The notes below the pieces were generated by a model. The model was not told the origin of the DNA. It did not search any database and saw nothing but the letters and a program-made list of their open reading frames with translations. From Bdellovibrionales bacterium (GTDB taxonomy: Bacteria > Bdellovibrionota > Bdellovibrionia > Bdellovibrionales > JAKFYE01): DNA of 64,000 nt. Below are positions 20,985 to 31,162 of the stretch, piece by piece. Position 1 is the stretch's first letter. Each line of letters begins with the position of its first letter. A program made the translations under genes and the position numbers. The stretch covers positions 869,408-933,407 of the forward strand of contig OZ220494.1 in assembly GCA_965116215.1 (NCBI GenBank), written 5' to 3'.

Positions 20985-22010
20985 CTAGCTCTCCAGAGTA
21001 CTATCCTGTTTTTCAATGGAATCCTGTAATTCTTTAAAATGACAGGGAACACACCCTATTTTTTCAACAACAACACCGGCTGCAAAATTGGCCAAGACAC
21101 ATGACATCCGCACATCTAGATCTGCCGCCAACCCTAGCGCAAGAATTGCAATAACCGTGTCTCCAGCCCCGGTAACGTCAAAAACTTGCTTTGCAACAGT
21201 TGGTATATGAATAACTTTTCCAGTGCTATAAAAACTCATTCCCTCTTTTCCTTTTGTCATTATAATTTGTGTCTGAGACCCTAGTTTTGATTGTAAAATC
21301 TCCATTATTTCCATCAAATCATCTGAAGGAAGCATTAACCGATCAGCCTCCCTTCCAATTAATGAAAAGGCCTCATTTTTATTCGGTGTGATGATATCAG
21401 AGTTCATGTAGAATTTTAAAGGTGTCATACGATGAGGATCAACTAAAACTCGACAATGAACTTTTTTTGCCTCTTGAATTAAGGCTTGAATAAGACTCTG
21501 ACTCAAAACACCCTTGGCATAATCTTGCAAAATCACTCCATCAGCCAACTTTAAAAGAGGCACCGCTTGATCTACGATTTTTTTTTCAATACTTTTAGAC
21601 AAAAATCGACGTCTTTCAAAATCTACACGCACCACATGGTGCTGACCAGACATCACTCTCAACTTACGTGTTGTTGGGCGTGACATATCAACAATAAGAT
21701 TTTTCGTACTCACATTGATATTATTCAGACTTTTTTTCAATGTCTCTCCTGCGAGATCATCACCGACAACAGACACTAAATCAACATGACCTCCAAGACA
21801 CCGAATATTTTGAGCTACATTTGCTGACAAGCCCAAGTGGAATTTTTCTTCACGTACATCTAAAACAGGAACGGGTGCTTCAGGACTAATACGAGCAATA
21901 TCTCCATCAATATATTCATCTAATCCAACATCACCCAAAACAAGTATCCGTTTAGACTGAAAATGACCCAATGCCTTTTGTAAACCCAACCTATCTATAG
22001 ACGTTAGCAT
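20985..22010 (-). CDS. rfaE1: D-glycero-beta-D-manno-heptose-7-phosphate kinase (RfaE domain I / HldA)
   Basis: RISPEAPVPV, DYAKGVL, VFDVTGAGDTV. Confidence 0.93.
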   Translation of the reverse strand: MLTSIDRLGLQKALGHFQSKRILVLGDVGLDEYIDGDIARISPEAPVPVLDVREEKFHLGLSANVAQNIRCLGGHVDLVSVVGDDLAGETLKKSLNNINVSTKNLIVDMSRPTTRKLRVMSGQHHVVRVDFERRRFLSKSIEKKIVDQAVPLLKLADGVILQDYAKGVLSQSLIQALIQEAKKVHCRVLVDPHRMTPLKFYMNSDIITPNKNEAFSLIGREADRLMLPSDDLMEIMEILQSKLGSQTQIIMTKGKEGMSFYSTGKVIHIPTVAKQVFDVTGAGDTVIAILALGLAADLDVRMSCVLANFAAGVVVEKIGCVPCHFKELQDSIEKQDSTLES

Positions 22011-22138
22011 CTTCTCTCTCCAAAAAACTGTACTTGTCTACACTCTGCCCACGCATTCATCATTCTTACAAGCCTTTTTGAAGGTGTTATCAAAGATCCT
22101 TAACATTTGGCATAAAAATTCTTCAACCTAGCCCAAAA

Positions 22139-23455
22139 GTGAAACCAGATGTATATTTAACCTATAGAATAAACACATTTAACGGAAGTGACTTTATGGA
22201 CAATATCACTCAAGGTAGGCTTTACAAAAACACAATAAAAAATCTAAATCAAGTGGCAGAACTCATAGGTTTAGATGGTAATATTCACAACCGCCTTCTC
22301 TACCCTAAAAGGGCCCTCATAGTTAGAATCCCTGTTCGTATGGACGATCACTCTGTGAAAGTGTTTTCTGGATACCGTGTACAACACAATCAAACACTGG
22401 GCCCCTTTAAAGGTGGTTTTCGCTACCACGAATCTGTTAATTTAAGTGAGGTCGCCGCACTTGCGATGCTTATGACTTTTAAAAACTCACTCATGAATCT
22501 ACCTCTTGGGGGAGCGAAAGGTGGTGTACATGTTGACCCCACTCAACTCTCTCAATCTGAAAAGCAAAGATTGACGAGAAGATATGCCTCAGAGATATCA
22601 GTTGTTGTCGGACCAGATAAGGATATCCCAGCTCCTGACGTCGGAACCGACGCACAAACAATGGCCTGGTTTATGGATACCATTTCACAGGAAACTGGCT
22701 ATGCCGTCCCTGAGGTCGTCACCGGAAAGCCGATTGCCATAGGTGGATCGCGGGGACGTTTAGGAGCTACAGGGATGGGGTGTATTTTCTGCATGAAATC
22801 AGCTCTTAAAAAAATGAATTTAGATATAGATCAAAACTTAACAGTAACGGTCCAAGGATTTGGTAATGTGGGAGCTCATGCGGCACAGTATGCCCATGAA
22901 TTAGGAGCTAAAGTCATTGCCGTAAGTGATGTTCATGGCGGCATTTATGATGAAGAGGGCATTGATATACCTTCTCTTATTCAATACTACCAAAGTGAAA
23001 AAACACTCAAAGGACATGCAAAAACAACATCTATAACTAATAAAGAACTTCTTACTTTAAATACAAAGATCTTAATTCCAGCAGCTCTTGATGCTGTCAT
23101 TCACTCAGAAAATGTTAATGATATTAAAGCAAAATTAATTATTGAGGGAGCCAATGGCCCTGTGACTTCAAATGCGGCTCAAATTCTCTATGAAAAGGGA
23201 CATATTATTATACCCGATATTTTAGCTAATGCTGGAGGAGTTGTCGTCTCATACTTTGAATGGGTACAAGGCATCGCTTCTTACTTTTGGAGCGAGGAAG
23301 AGGTTAACAGAAGATTGTCTCTCATTATGGATACAGCGTTTAACGAAGTTTGGACATTCGCATCGGAATACAATATGAGTTTAAGTATGGCCGCATTAGG
23401 ACTTGCCACAAGACGCCTTGAAGATGCCATGCTGTTAAGAGGTCTCTACCCTTAA
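22139..23455 (+). CDS. Glu/Leu/Phe/Val dehydrogenase (glutamate dehydrogenase type)
   Basis: GPFKGGFRY, GGAKGG, DIPAPDVGT, QGFGNVG, NAGGVVVSYFEW; real start may be ATG 22196. Confidence 0.95.
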   Translation: MKPDVYLTYRINTFNGSDFMDNITQGRLYKNTIKNLNQVAELIGLDGNIHNRLLYPKRALIVRIPVRMDDHSVKVFSGYRVQHNQTLGPFKGGFRYHESVNLSEVAALAMLMTFKNSLMNLPLGGAKGGVHVDPTQLSQSEKQRLTRRYASEISVVVGPDKDIPAPDVGTDAQTMAWFMDTISQETGYAVPEVVTGKPIAIGGSRGRLGATGMGCIFCMKSALKKMNLDIDQNLTVTVQGFGNVGAHAAQYAHELGAKVIAVSDVHGGIYDEEGIDIPSLIQYYQSEKTLKGHAKTTSITNKELLTLNTKILIPAALDAVIHSENVNDIKAKLIIEGANGPVTSNAAQILYEKGHIIIPDILANAGGVVVSYFEWVQGIASYFWSEEEVNRRLSLIMDTAFNEVWTFASEYNMSLSMAALGLATRRLEDAMLLRGLYP

Positions 23456-24447
23456 TGAATCTTACAAAATATCCTTGGCGACTTTTGCCTGAAGATTTTA
23501 GACATTGGCTTGCACCTTATGCTCTTCGTCTTCTCTGCCGCTTTTACCGACTGCATGTCTACTCCTGGCGATCTTTTTCTTGGAAAGGATTAGATTTTCC
23601 AAACCCTCTAGGCTTAGCGGCTGGGGTTGATAAAAATGTCCAAAACATTTTGGATTGCTGGAAGCTAGGAGCTGGCTTTTTAGAAATTGGAACCGTAACT
23701 CCTCAGCCCGAAAAACCTCATCCAAAATCCATTCTGCATTATACATCTTGGAACTTTTTAGGATTTCCCTCTCAGGGCTTAGACAATGTGAAGAAAAACT
23801 TAAAAAGATATGCACGTCCCTATCATACTCCTATTTTTCTAAACTTAGAAAAAAATAGAGAAACACCTCTAGAAAAGGCAAGCGAAGACTACAAAATTTT
23901 AATTCGACAACTTGTCGATCATGCTGATGCTTTTGTTATAAATATGAGCAGTCAAAATATGAAAGACTTAAAAACTCTGCAATCTAAAAATTGTTTTAGC
24001 GACTTTCTAGGTCCTATCTTAGATACTATAAAAGCTCAAGAACATGTGCGACCCACTCTTTTAAGGCTGAGTCTCGATGACTCCGACGAACTATTTATTT
24101 CTAATATACAAATGAGTCAGCAATTAGGAATTGATGGTTGGATTTTAACAAATACGACAGAACAGCATCCTTCACATATTCCCTTTCCAAAACATGGGGA
24201 ACTCTTAAGTCAGTCATTAAAACAATATTCTGAGCACCGATTGAACCTCACTATAAACTGCTTAGGAAAAGAGAGAAAAAAATATCTCATTGTCAGTGCC
24301 GGAGATATCATGACCCCAGAAGACATTGAGAGCCGATTAAACAAAGGAGCCGACCTTGTGCAAGTTTATTCAACACTGATCTTTAATAAACCCTGGTTTT
24401 TTAAGGAAGTGGCAGACTATCTCCCTCTACAACGACAACACCTATGA
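23455..24447 (+). CDS. pyrD: Class 2 dihydroorotate dehydrogenase homolog with eroded motifs
   Basis: NPLGLAAGVDK, EIGTVTP, TNTT, GADLVQVYS retained; several conserved residues changed. Confidence 0.8.
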   Translation: MNLTKYPWRLLPEDFRHWLAPYALRLLCRFYRLHVYSWRSFSWKGLDFPNPLGLAAGVDKNVQNILDCWKLGAGFLEIGTVTPQPEKPHPKSILHYTSWNFLGFPSQGLDNVKKNLKRYARPYHTPIFLNLEKNRETPLEKASEDYKILIRQLVDHADAFVINMSSQNMKDLKTLQSKNCFSDFLGPILDTIKAQEHVRPTLLRLSLDDSDELFISNIQMSQQLGIDGWILTNTTEQHPSHIPFPKHGELLSQSLKQYSEHRLNLTINCLGKERKKYLIVSAGDIMTPEDIESRLNKGADLVQVYSTLIFNKPWFFKEVADYLPLQRQHL

Positions 24448-24851
24448 TTCGATCATCCAAAAGGACTCATACAGCATGTGAGACAGTCTCCTTTACAACA
24501 ACACCTATGATTATTAAGATGACAGTCTCATCACTGAGATCACAACACTGAAAAGCCTCGAAAAATGAATAACAACCCTTATGATTGATCTGAAAAATAT
24601 CAGATGACTCATTTTAATGATATATGAAAAAGATTTCTTATGACTCCTCTTATCTATAAAAAGCAATAAATGATATCTATCTATTGGTAGACTATCCTTC
24701 AACAAATTATTTGTAGATGCAGCATTGAGAAATCACTCCATGATCTGGTATCTTTTAGTATTTGACTCGCTATACAGAATAGATTAAACAAATAGAATCA
24801 AAACTATAATTAAAGAAATGAAATCCGTTAATTAAAACGAATTAAAAAATC

Positions 24852-25259
24852 ATGATAAAAAGACCTCTTTGGACTCCAGTCACTGCCGCATTCATACGTC
24901 AAAATGGATATGTTCTCATTGGACAAAGACCTTCAAATGGTCGTCTCTCGGGGTTATGGGAATTTCCTGGTGGAAAAATTGAGTCCTATGAAACTCCCAA
25001 AATGACACTTCAAAGAGAACTCAATGAAGAGCTAGGTATCGATGCCCAAATCGGCCCTCTAAAATTAGCCAACTCCTATGCCAATAAGGACAACGGTATA
25101 GTGATACTATTTTATGATGTTATCTCCTGGAAAGGTGAACCACAAGCACTCCAACACACAAAACTCAAATGGATAAACCCGAAAGAACTCAAAAATTACA
25201 AAACACCTAAGGCAAATCATATGATTCTAGATGATTTGATTTCCACTCTCACAGAATAG
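24852..25259 (+). CDS. NUDIX hydrolase, MutT/NudG-like
   Basis: WEFPGGKIESYETPKMTLQRELNEELGI Nudix box. Confidence 0.93.
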   Translation: MIKRPLWTPVTAAFIRQNGYVLIGQRPSNGRLSGLWEFPGGKIESYETPKMTLQRELNEELGIDAQIGPLKLANSYANKDNGIVILFYDVISWKGEPQALQHTKLKWINPKELKNYKTPKANHMILDDLISTLTE

Positions 25260-25433
25260 TCTCATATCATTTTTTATTCCAAAGAATCACTTCAGTAAAA
25301 TTACAATCCATGACATGGACTAAGGTCAGCCCACGCATCGTCATGCATATACAAAACAAAAATAAAAAAATATTCTGTAGCTTTAGTAAAATTGTAAACC
25401 ACTTAATTGTATAGGTAGAAATGCAAACAGAAA

Positions 25434-26294
25434 GTGATGTTGTTAGATATGAAAAAAAATAGTGTACATAGAAAATCAATACACAATCTTCGATTTTATT
25501 TTTCTCTATTGATTTTCAGTCTAGGATTACAAATTCCTAGTTACGCTGAATCTAATGAAAAACTTCCAGATAGATTACAAGATGTATGGAACTCTGTCGT
25601 TCGATTAGATGTAAGAACTATGAGTGGCTCTCCCTTAAGTGCAAAGAGAGGTTCAGGAGTTATTATACAACATGACACATTTAAAAACTCTATTTGGATA
25701 GTCTCTAATTACCATGCGACATATTGTGGTTTAAGACAATTTTGTTCTATAACAGTGACTTATTCTAATAATGTATCACAAAGATTCCTCATTACCTCTG
25801 ATATCTATAAAGAAATAATAATCGAAAAAGATCTTGTTATCTTAGAAATCTCGCTCAGAGGAAATGAGTTCTTTTCTATTGCAACACTCTCAATAGAAGA
25901 CCCTCAATCTAAAGAAACTCTGTATGCTATAGGATTTCCTCAAATACCTCATCCAAAAAGCAACAATGATTTATTTAAAAAATTATCAAGCCATAATAAA
26001 AATGCTAAACATTATTCTATTGGAGAGTCATTAGGTGTAATAATAGACTCTGAACTCAAAGAGTACTCTATTGAAAGAAATAAAAAAATAACACTTTTTT
26101 CTCCGAAGATATTTGTACATTCCGCTCACCTTTTACCTGGATCAAGTGGTGGACCTCTAGTGAACCTAAAAGGTGAAGTCATTGCTATTAATTCTGGAAT
26201 ATTTTCATTTAAAAAATGTAAAGCCGATCCTTTGAGAAAATGCAGATACTTTGCGATACCCATTCAAGTCCTATTGGATAGGCTTTCCCAATAA
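25434..26294 (+). CDS. Secreted trypsin-like serine protease, paralog B
   Basis: VSNYH, EKDLVIL, PGSSGGPL; long near-identical blocks with 11814-12659; start may be ATG 25449. Confidence 0.9.
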   Translation: MMLLDMKKNSVHRKSIHNLRFYFSLLIFSLGLQIPSYAESNEKLPDRLQDVWNSVVRLDVRTMSGSPLSAKRGSGVIIQHDTFKNSIWIVSNYHATYCGLRQFCSITVTYSNNVSQRFLITSDIYKEIIIEKDLVILEISLRGNEFFSIATLSIEDPQSKETLYAIGFPQIPHPKSNNDLFKKLSSHNKNAKHYSIGESLGVIIDSELKEYSIERNKKITLFSPKIFVHSAHLLPGSSGGPLVNLKGEVIAINSGIFSFKKCKADPLRKCRYFAIPIQVLLDRLSQ

Positions 26295-26533
26295 CCTTTT
26301 GAAAGCAGTAATATATTAAATATCTTTTTGAGAAAACTGCTTTATCTAAAAGATATCTATCCTATGATATAAAACACTTTAACAAAGCATGTATAGTTTC
26401 ATGAGATACAATGAACTCAGTGTGATCGAGTATCTTTTTTAGAATTGAACCAGTTGTGTAGAGTAGACTCACTAAAATAGAGAATGTATCTTTCATACTC
26501 ATTATTATTTTTTGAAAATCCTAACAACAGTTA

Positions 26534-27643
26534 TTAAGAAAGAAGGGCCTCTTTGAGGTTTTCAATAACATACGATTGTTCATCATCACTCAATTCTGGG
26601 AAAATAGGCAAGGCCAACACCTCTTTTGCAGCTTCTTCTGCGACAGGAAAATCTTTGATGATATCCCAACTCTCAAATACTGATGCTTGAGGTATAGTCT
26701 TTGGATAATAAATATCAGTAGAGATACCCTTTTCAACAAGCCAAGTGCGAATACGATTGCGATTTTTAACTCTTATAACAAATTGGTTCCAAACCACTTC
26801 ACAATATTTCGAAATCTTAGGTAACTGAAAGCGTTCACTCTCCAAATCTTTCAACTCGGAGAGATACCTCTGTGCAATTTTTGTTCTCTTTAAAACCCAT
26901 TGTTCTAAATATTTCAATTTTACATTTAGGTAGGCACACTGAAGAACGTCCAACCGAGCATTAGTGCCTAAGTAACTAAACTCATGCTTTTTTATCTTTC
27001 CATGATCTCTCAAGAGTTTAACTTTTCTATTCCATTCATCATTGGCCGTGACAACAAGTCCCCCTTCACCTGCGCCACCAAGATTTTTAGTGGGATAAAA
27101 ACTTGTGGCTCCTAAGTCCCCTATACCTCCTGCGGGTTTTCCCTTGTATTTCGCACCTAGGCTCTGTGCAAAGTCTTCTAAAACATAAAGTGAATGTGAT
27201 TTTGCTAAATCCAAAATGGGATCCATATCTGCACACTGACCATAAAGATGAACAGGCATAATCACTTTTGTTTTACTTGTTATGAGAGGTTCTATAGCTT
27301 GTGGATCAATATTGAACGTCTCGGCATCAATATCAACAAACACTGGGCGTGCTCCAATCCAACAAATTGCACTTGTTGTCGCAAAAAAACTAAAAGCTGG
27401 CGTAATGACCTCATCACCAACTCCGACACCCAAAGCCTTTAACCCTAAAATCAACGCATCTGTTCCTGAACCTACAGTCGAAGCCTGCTTCACTCCCAAA
27501 TATTCAGAAATATCCGACTCAAAAGCACTGACATATTTTCCACCAATAAAAGATTGCTCTTTCAAAATGGATTCAAAGACACTTAAAACATCTTTCTCAA
27601 TAATCTGATATTGACGCTGAATATCAAAAAAGGGAACTCTCAT
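26534..27643 (-). CDS. DegT/DnrJ/EryC1/StrS PLP aminotransferase
   Basis: SGTDAL, PVHLYGQ, EDFAQSLGA, SFYPTKNLG; start likely MRVPFFD at 27643. Confidence 0.95.
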   Translation of the reverse strand: MRVPFFDIQRQYQIIEKDVLSVFESILKEQSFIGGKYVSAFESDISEYLGVKQASTVGSGTDALILGLKALGVGVGDEVITPAFSFFATTSAICWIGARPVFVDIDAETFNIDPQAIEPLITSKTKVIMPVHLYGQCADMDPILDLAKSHSLYVLEDFAQSLGAKYKGKPAGGIGDLGATSFYPTKNLGGAGEGGLVVTANDEWNRKVKLLRDHGKIKKHEFSYLGTNARLDVLQCAYLNVKLKYLEQWVLKRTKIAQRYLSELKDLESERFQLPKISKYCEVVWNQFVIRVKNRNRIRTWLVEKGISTDIYYPKTIPQASVFESWDIIKDFPVAEEAAKEVLALPIFPELSDDEQSYVIENLKEALLS

Positions 27644-27757
27644 GAGGGTAGAATAGAGTTTTAAGAAAACTCTGTCTAGAAACAACACAAAGATTTATTC
27701 TTTCTAATTTTGACCTTCTGTTGCTACACAATAGGAGACCAAGTAGTATAAAGCCTT

Positions 27758-29017
27758 ATGTCACGTCGACCCCCTTTACCAAAACACTTAAATATTTGTA
27801 TGGTGGCTCGAAAATTTCCTATTAAAAGTCGAGCAGCTGCTAATGGATTTCTATGGCCTATAGCTAGGGGGCTTTCACAGAAAGGGCACTATGTGACCTT
27901 TATATCTAAAGACAGCCCTCAAAACCAACATGAATTCCAACAGGATGATGTCCATGGCTATTACACTTCTGAGAGTCCATTAAAGCGTTTTCACTTTCCC
28001 AAAGCTGTACGCCTCAAGTGCTTTGAACTCCATAAAAAGAGGCCTTTTCACATTATACATAGTGTAGATGCATCAGCCATCCAAGTGGCTCAGCTGAAAA
28101 AGAAAAATCAAATGGCCGTAGCATACGACATTCAAGCCACACAAGTTGCCCAACTTTTTGCCATACTCGGCATGGCAAAAGACTCATTAAACTCCCTGTT
28201 GCGAGCTGACCTAGCACTTGTCTATAAATATTTCACCACCTTTTTTGGAAAAGATCGCAAAATTTTAAAAACAGCCGATGGTGTTTTTGTCACAAGCCCA
28301 CAACAAAGGCTCATTTTAGAAAGATACTATTATTATCCTGACTCTCGAATTTATACCGTTCCCTATGGCGTTGAAATAGGTGACATCTCTCAAACCAAGG
28401 ATACAGAAAACAAGGAATTGAAAGAAAGCCTCAACTTACCCGAAGCAGGTCATACTATAGTGAGCATTACAGATATGACAGAACTTGAAGAAATAAAAAA
28501 TCTCCTACAAGCCTTTGAAAAAGTGGCTATTAAAAAACCAAAGTCCCGACTTATACTTGTTGGCAACGGCCCACGCAGAAAAGATATAGAGTATCAAACA
28601 TATAATTTAGCTTTAGGAGGTAAGGTTATTTTCACTGGTTCTGTACGAAACACTGATTTGTCAAAATATATTTCCTTAGCTGATGTTTTTGTCAACTTAA
28701 GTTCTAGAACAACAGGATTTGAACCCTCTATGTTGGAAGCCATGGCACAGAAAAAAGTAGTTATTGGATCAGAAGTGAGTGCTATATCAAATATCATTGA
28801 AGATGGCATTGATGGGTTTCTTATAAGACCAGCAGATACACAGTCTTTATCTCATCTGCTCATAGCTATGTTTACAGGACGCTTGATCACCCCTCAAATA
28901 GGTGATAGGGCATATAAGAAAGTTATGGATCTCTTTGATACAGAAAAAATGGTTAGCGAAACGATTTCATCCTATTTTAAAATTCTAAAAAGATCAGGAT
29001 ATTACTCTGCATCATGA
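27758..29017 (+). CDS. Glycosyltransferase family 4
   Basis: VGNGP, ADVFV, GFEPSMLEAMA, DGIDGFLI. Confidence 0.9.
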   Translation: MSRRPPLPKHLNICMVARKFPIKSRAAANGFLWPIARGLSQKGHYVTFISKDSPQNQHEFQQDDVHGYYTSESPLKRFHFPKAVRLKCFELHKKRPFHIIHSVDASAIQVAQLKKKNQMAVAYDIQATQVAQLFAILGMAKDSLNSLLRADLALVYKYFTTFFGKDRKILKTADGVFVTSPQQRLILERYYYYPDSRIYTVPYGVEIGDISQTKDTENKELKESLNLPEAGHTIVSITDMTELEEIKNLLQAFEKVAIKKPKSRLILVGNGPRRKDIEYQTYNLALGGKVIFTGSVRNTDLSKYISLADVFVNLSSRTTGFEPSMLEAMAQKKVVIGSEVSAISNIIEDGIDGFLIRPADTQSLSHLLIAMFTGRLITPQIGDRAYKKVMDLFDTEKMVSETISSYFKILKRSGYYSAS

Positions 29018-30402
29018 AATATTGGTCTACCCCTAGCGAAAAAGCACACTATATAACAAACCCAAAGCCGCCCAGAGTACAAAAAAGCCTGCAAGAGGAA
29101 TCCATTCTTATTTTATGGGCTAAAAAAATACTAGGCACACCTATTCCCCTACTTTTACTTCTCTATCCGATCACTTTGTTAACAACCATATCTGGAATGG
29201 AAATTCTCAGCGCAATCCTTATAGTACTGACACTTTTCTATATGCTCTTTGATGTTTTGGGAAAAAGACGTGAGTTTAAATTTTTTATGATTCCAGGAAC
29301 TGTGAGTCTTATTGGGTTCATCATTATTGCCTACTTAGGCCTTGTTGTGAATGCACCAGAAGCCAATCCATGGCGATATCTAGCTCAGATTCATTGGGTC
29401 GTTTTGTTATTTATTTTACCCTACACATTAACTCTTTTTCCCGGCTTAAATAAACTTTTCAATATTCTCATTGTAACAGCTTCCATCATTTCTATCTATG
29501 CCATAGCTCAACACTTCACAGGTTTAGATCTGAACTATCTTATGGGTTGGAGAGATACACCCGCCCCCAGACCCGCTCTTCACTCCAATGGGAAGTTTTA
29601 CTCAAGCATAGGTTTCTTTAAACATCACCTCATATATGGCTATGTGTATGGTATCGTGTTGTGTTTCCCAGTTGCAGCACTGTTACTAGGTCGTCAACAA
29701 ACTCTATTATTTAAAATCATGATGATTTTATCCTCCCTTTTAATTGGTTTTAGCTTATTATTCACATATGGACGGGGTGTCTGGCTTGCAGTATGTGCAG
29801 CCATTCTCTTTATGGCAGCGTATACAAGTAAACGCATCTTTTTCTTAGCACTTTCCTCACTGCTCGGGATATTTATCCTAATGTATTCTACAAGTGATAC
29901 ATTTTCAGATCGCTTTAATACTTTTTTATCAACAACCTATAGTAGTAATAAAGTACGCATAAATATTTGGAGAGCCAATATGGCTATGTTTGCCGACTAT
30001 CCATGGATTGGAATCGGATACGAACAAAATGCACGAAGAACTGCAGAATATTACGAAAAACTAAGGATTGAAGAGACATTCATAGCAGATGCACATAATA
30101 ACTATATCCAAGCCCTCTCAACCACAGGGATTTTGGGCTTTTTATTTTATATGCTATTTATTATTTCTTTTTTATTTGCAACCCATCAATTAATTATGAA
30201 AATACCTAAAACACACTATTGGCATAGGGTTTTCACATTAGCTATTTTGGGAGCACAAATCACTATGCATACGGGAGGACTTACTGAGTGGACAATAGGA
30301 GATAGTGAGGTTTACCATCTCTTCATTTTCTTATTAGCCTGTATGTCCTACATGTGTGAACGTTACAACAATGAAATCATCCCAAGTGACCATAGCCTTT
30401 AA
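29014..30402 (+). CDS. O-antigen ligase (Wzy_C) family membrane protein
   Basis: Multiple TM helices, TYGRGVW, RINIW, PWIGIG, AHNNY. Confidence 0.9.
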   Translation: MKYWSTPSEKAHYITNPKPPRVQKSLQEESILILWAKKILGTPIPLLLLLYPITLLTTISGMEILSAILIVLTLFYMLFDVLGKRREFKFFMIPGTVSLIGFIIIAYLGLVVNAPEANPWRYLAQIHWVVLLFILPYTLTLFPGLNKLFNILIVTASIISIYAIAQHFTGLDLNYLMGWRDTPAPRPALHSNGKFYSSIGFFKHHLIYGYVYGIVLCFPVAALLLGRQQTLLFKIMMILSSLLIGFSLLFTYGRGVWLAVCAAILFMAAYTSKRIFFLALSSLLGIFILMYSTSDTFSDRFNTFLSTTYSSNKVRINIWRANMAMFADYPWIGIGYEQNARRTAEYYEKLRIEETFIADAHNNYIQALSTTGILGFLFYMLFIISFLFATHQLIMKIPKTHYWHRVFTLAILGAQITMHTGGLTEWTIGDSEVYHLFIFLLACMSYMCERYNNEIIPSDHSL

Positions 30403-30645
30403 AGACCTTGCAAAACTTTTTTCATCAAATCTAACTCGTAAATTGTCACAATAACTTTTCAGTTTAGCCTTATGAGTTCAAAAAAATTTCTGGTATTAAG
30501 TCGAGAAAAATTCTTTTGGCTTCTTTCTTTTTTAGAAAAAAACATTTTTTCTGATATTGAAAGTAAAAATCACTGGATAAATGCCATTGGATGAGAAAGA
30601 ATATAGTTAGTTCTTTCAAGAGCTTAGAACATATAAGGAAGAGAG

Positions 30646-30942
30646 ATGACAAAGGCTGATCTTATAAATCATATTTCAGAAACTGCAGGCATTACTCGTG
30701 TAAAGTCTGAAACTGTTGTAAATACGATATTTGATTACATGATAGATGCCCTTCTCAAAGATGATCGTATTGAAATTCGAGGATTTGGTTCCTTTGTGAA
30801 CCGCACTTACGATGCCTATAAAGGAAGAAATCCTAGAACAGGAGAAATCATCAATGTCTGTGATAAAAAATTACCTTTTTTTAAAGTTGGAAAAGATTTA
30901 AAAGAAGAAGTGAATCAAGGCACAGATCCAATATCTGATTAA
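30646..30942 (+). CDS. HU/IHF-family DNA-binding protein, IHF-beta-like
   Basis: MTKADL, RIEIRGFGSF, GRNPRTGE, PFFKVGK. Confidence 0.95.
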   Translation: MTKADLINHISETAGITRVKSETVVNTIFDYMIDALLKDDRIEIRGFGSFVNRTYDAYKGRNPRTGEIINVCDKKLPFFKVGKDLKEEVNQGTDPISD

Positions 30943-31162
30943 AGTGGCATTCCCCATCGATCGCTTTTTAAAGTAGATCTCATTCTAATACCTTATTAAG
31001 AATTCATCATTTTTTAATCACATTGAGATATAAACTCGTTTTGCTTTGGTTTAATAACATCATTCATAGCTCATTATTTTTTTAATCATATCTAGATCTT
31101 TCTCATAGACGTGCTGAACCAAGACATTGAATATTCATCATTTTTTTAATGATAGCTATAGA

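Noticed and set aside
22108-22123. TGGCATAAAAATTCTT as a sigma54 promoter for gdh
   Set aside because: The -12 element lacks the conserved GC; too weak to call
31001-31153. Three TCAT(C/T)ATTTTTT..AAT units between convergent genes
   Set aside because: Low-complexity AT-rich sequence; no supportable function
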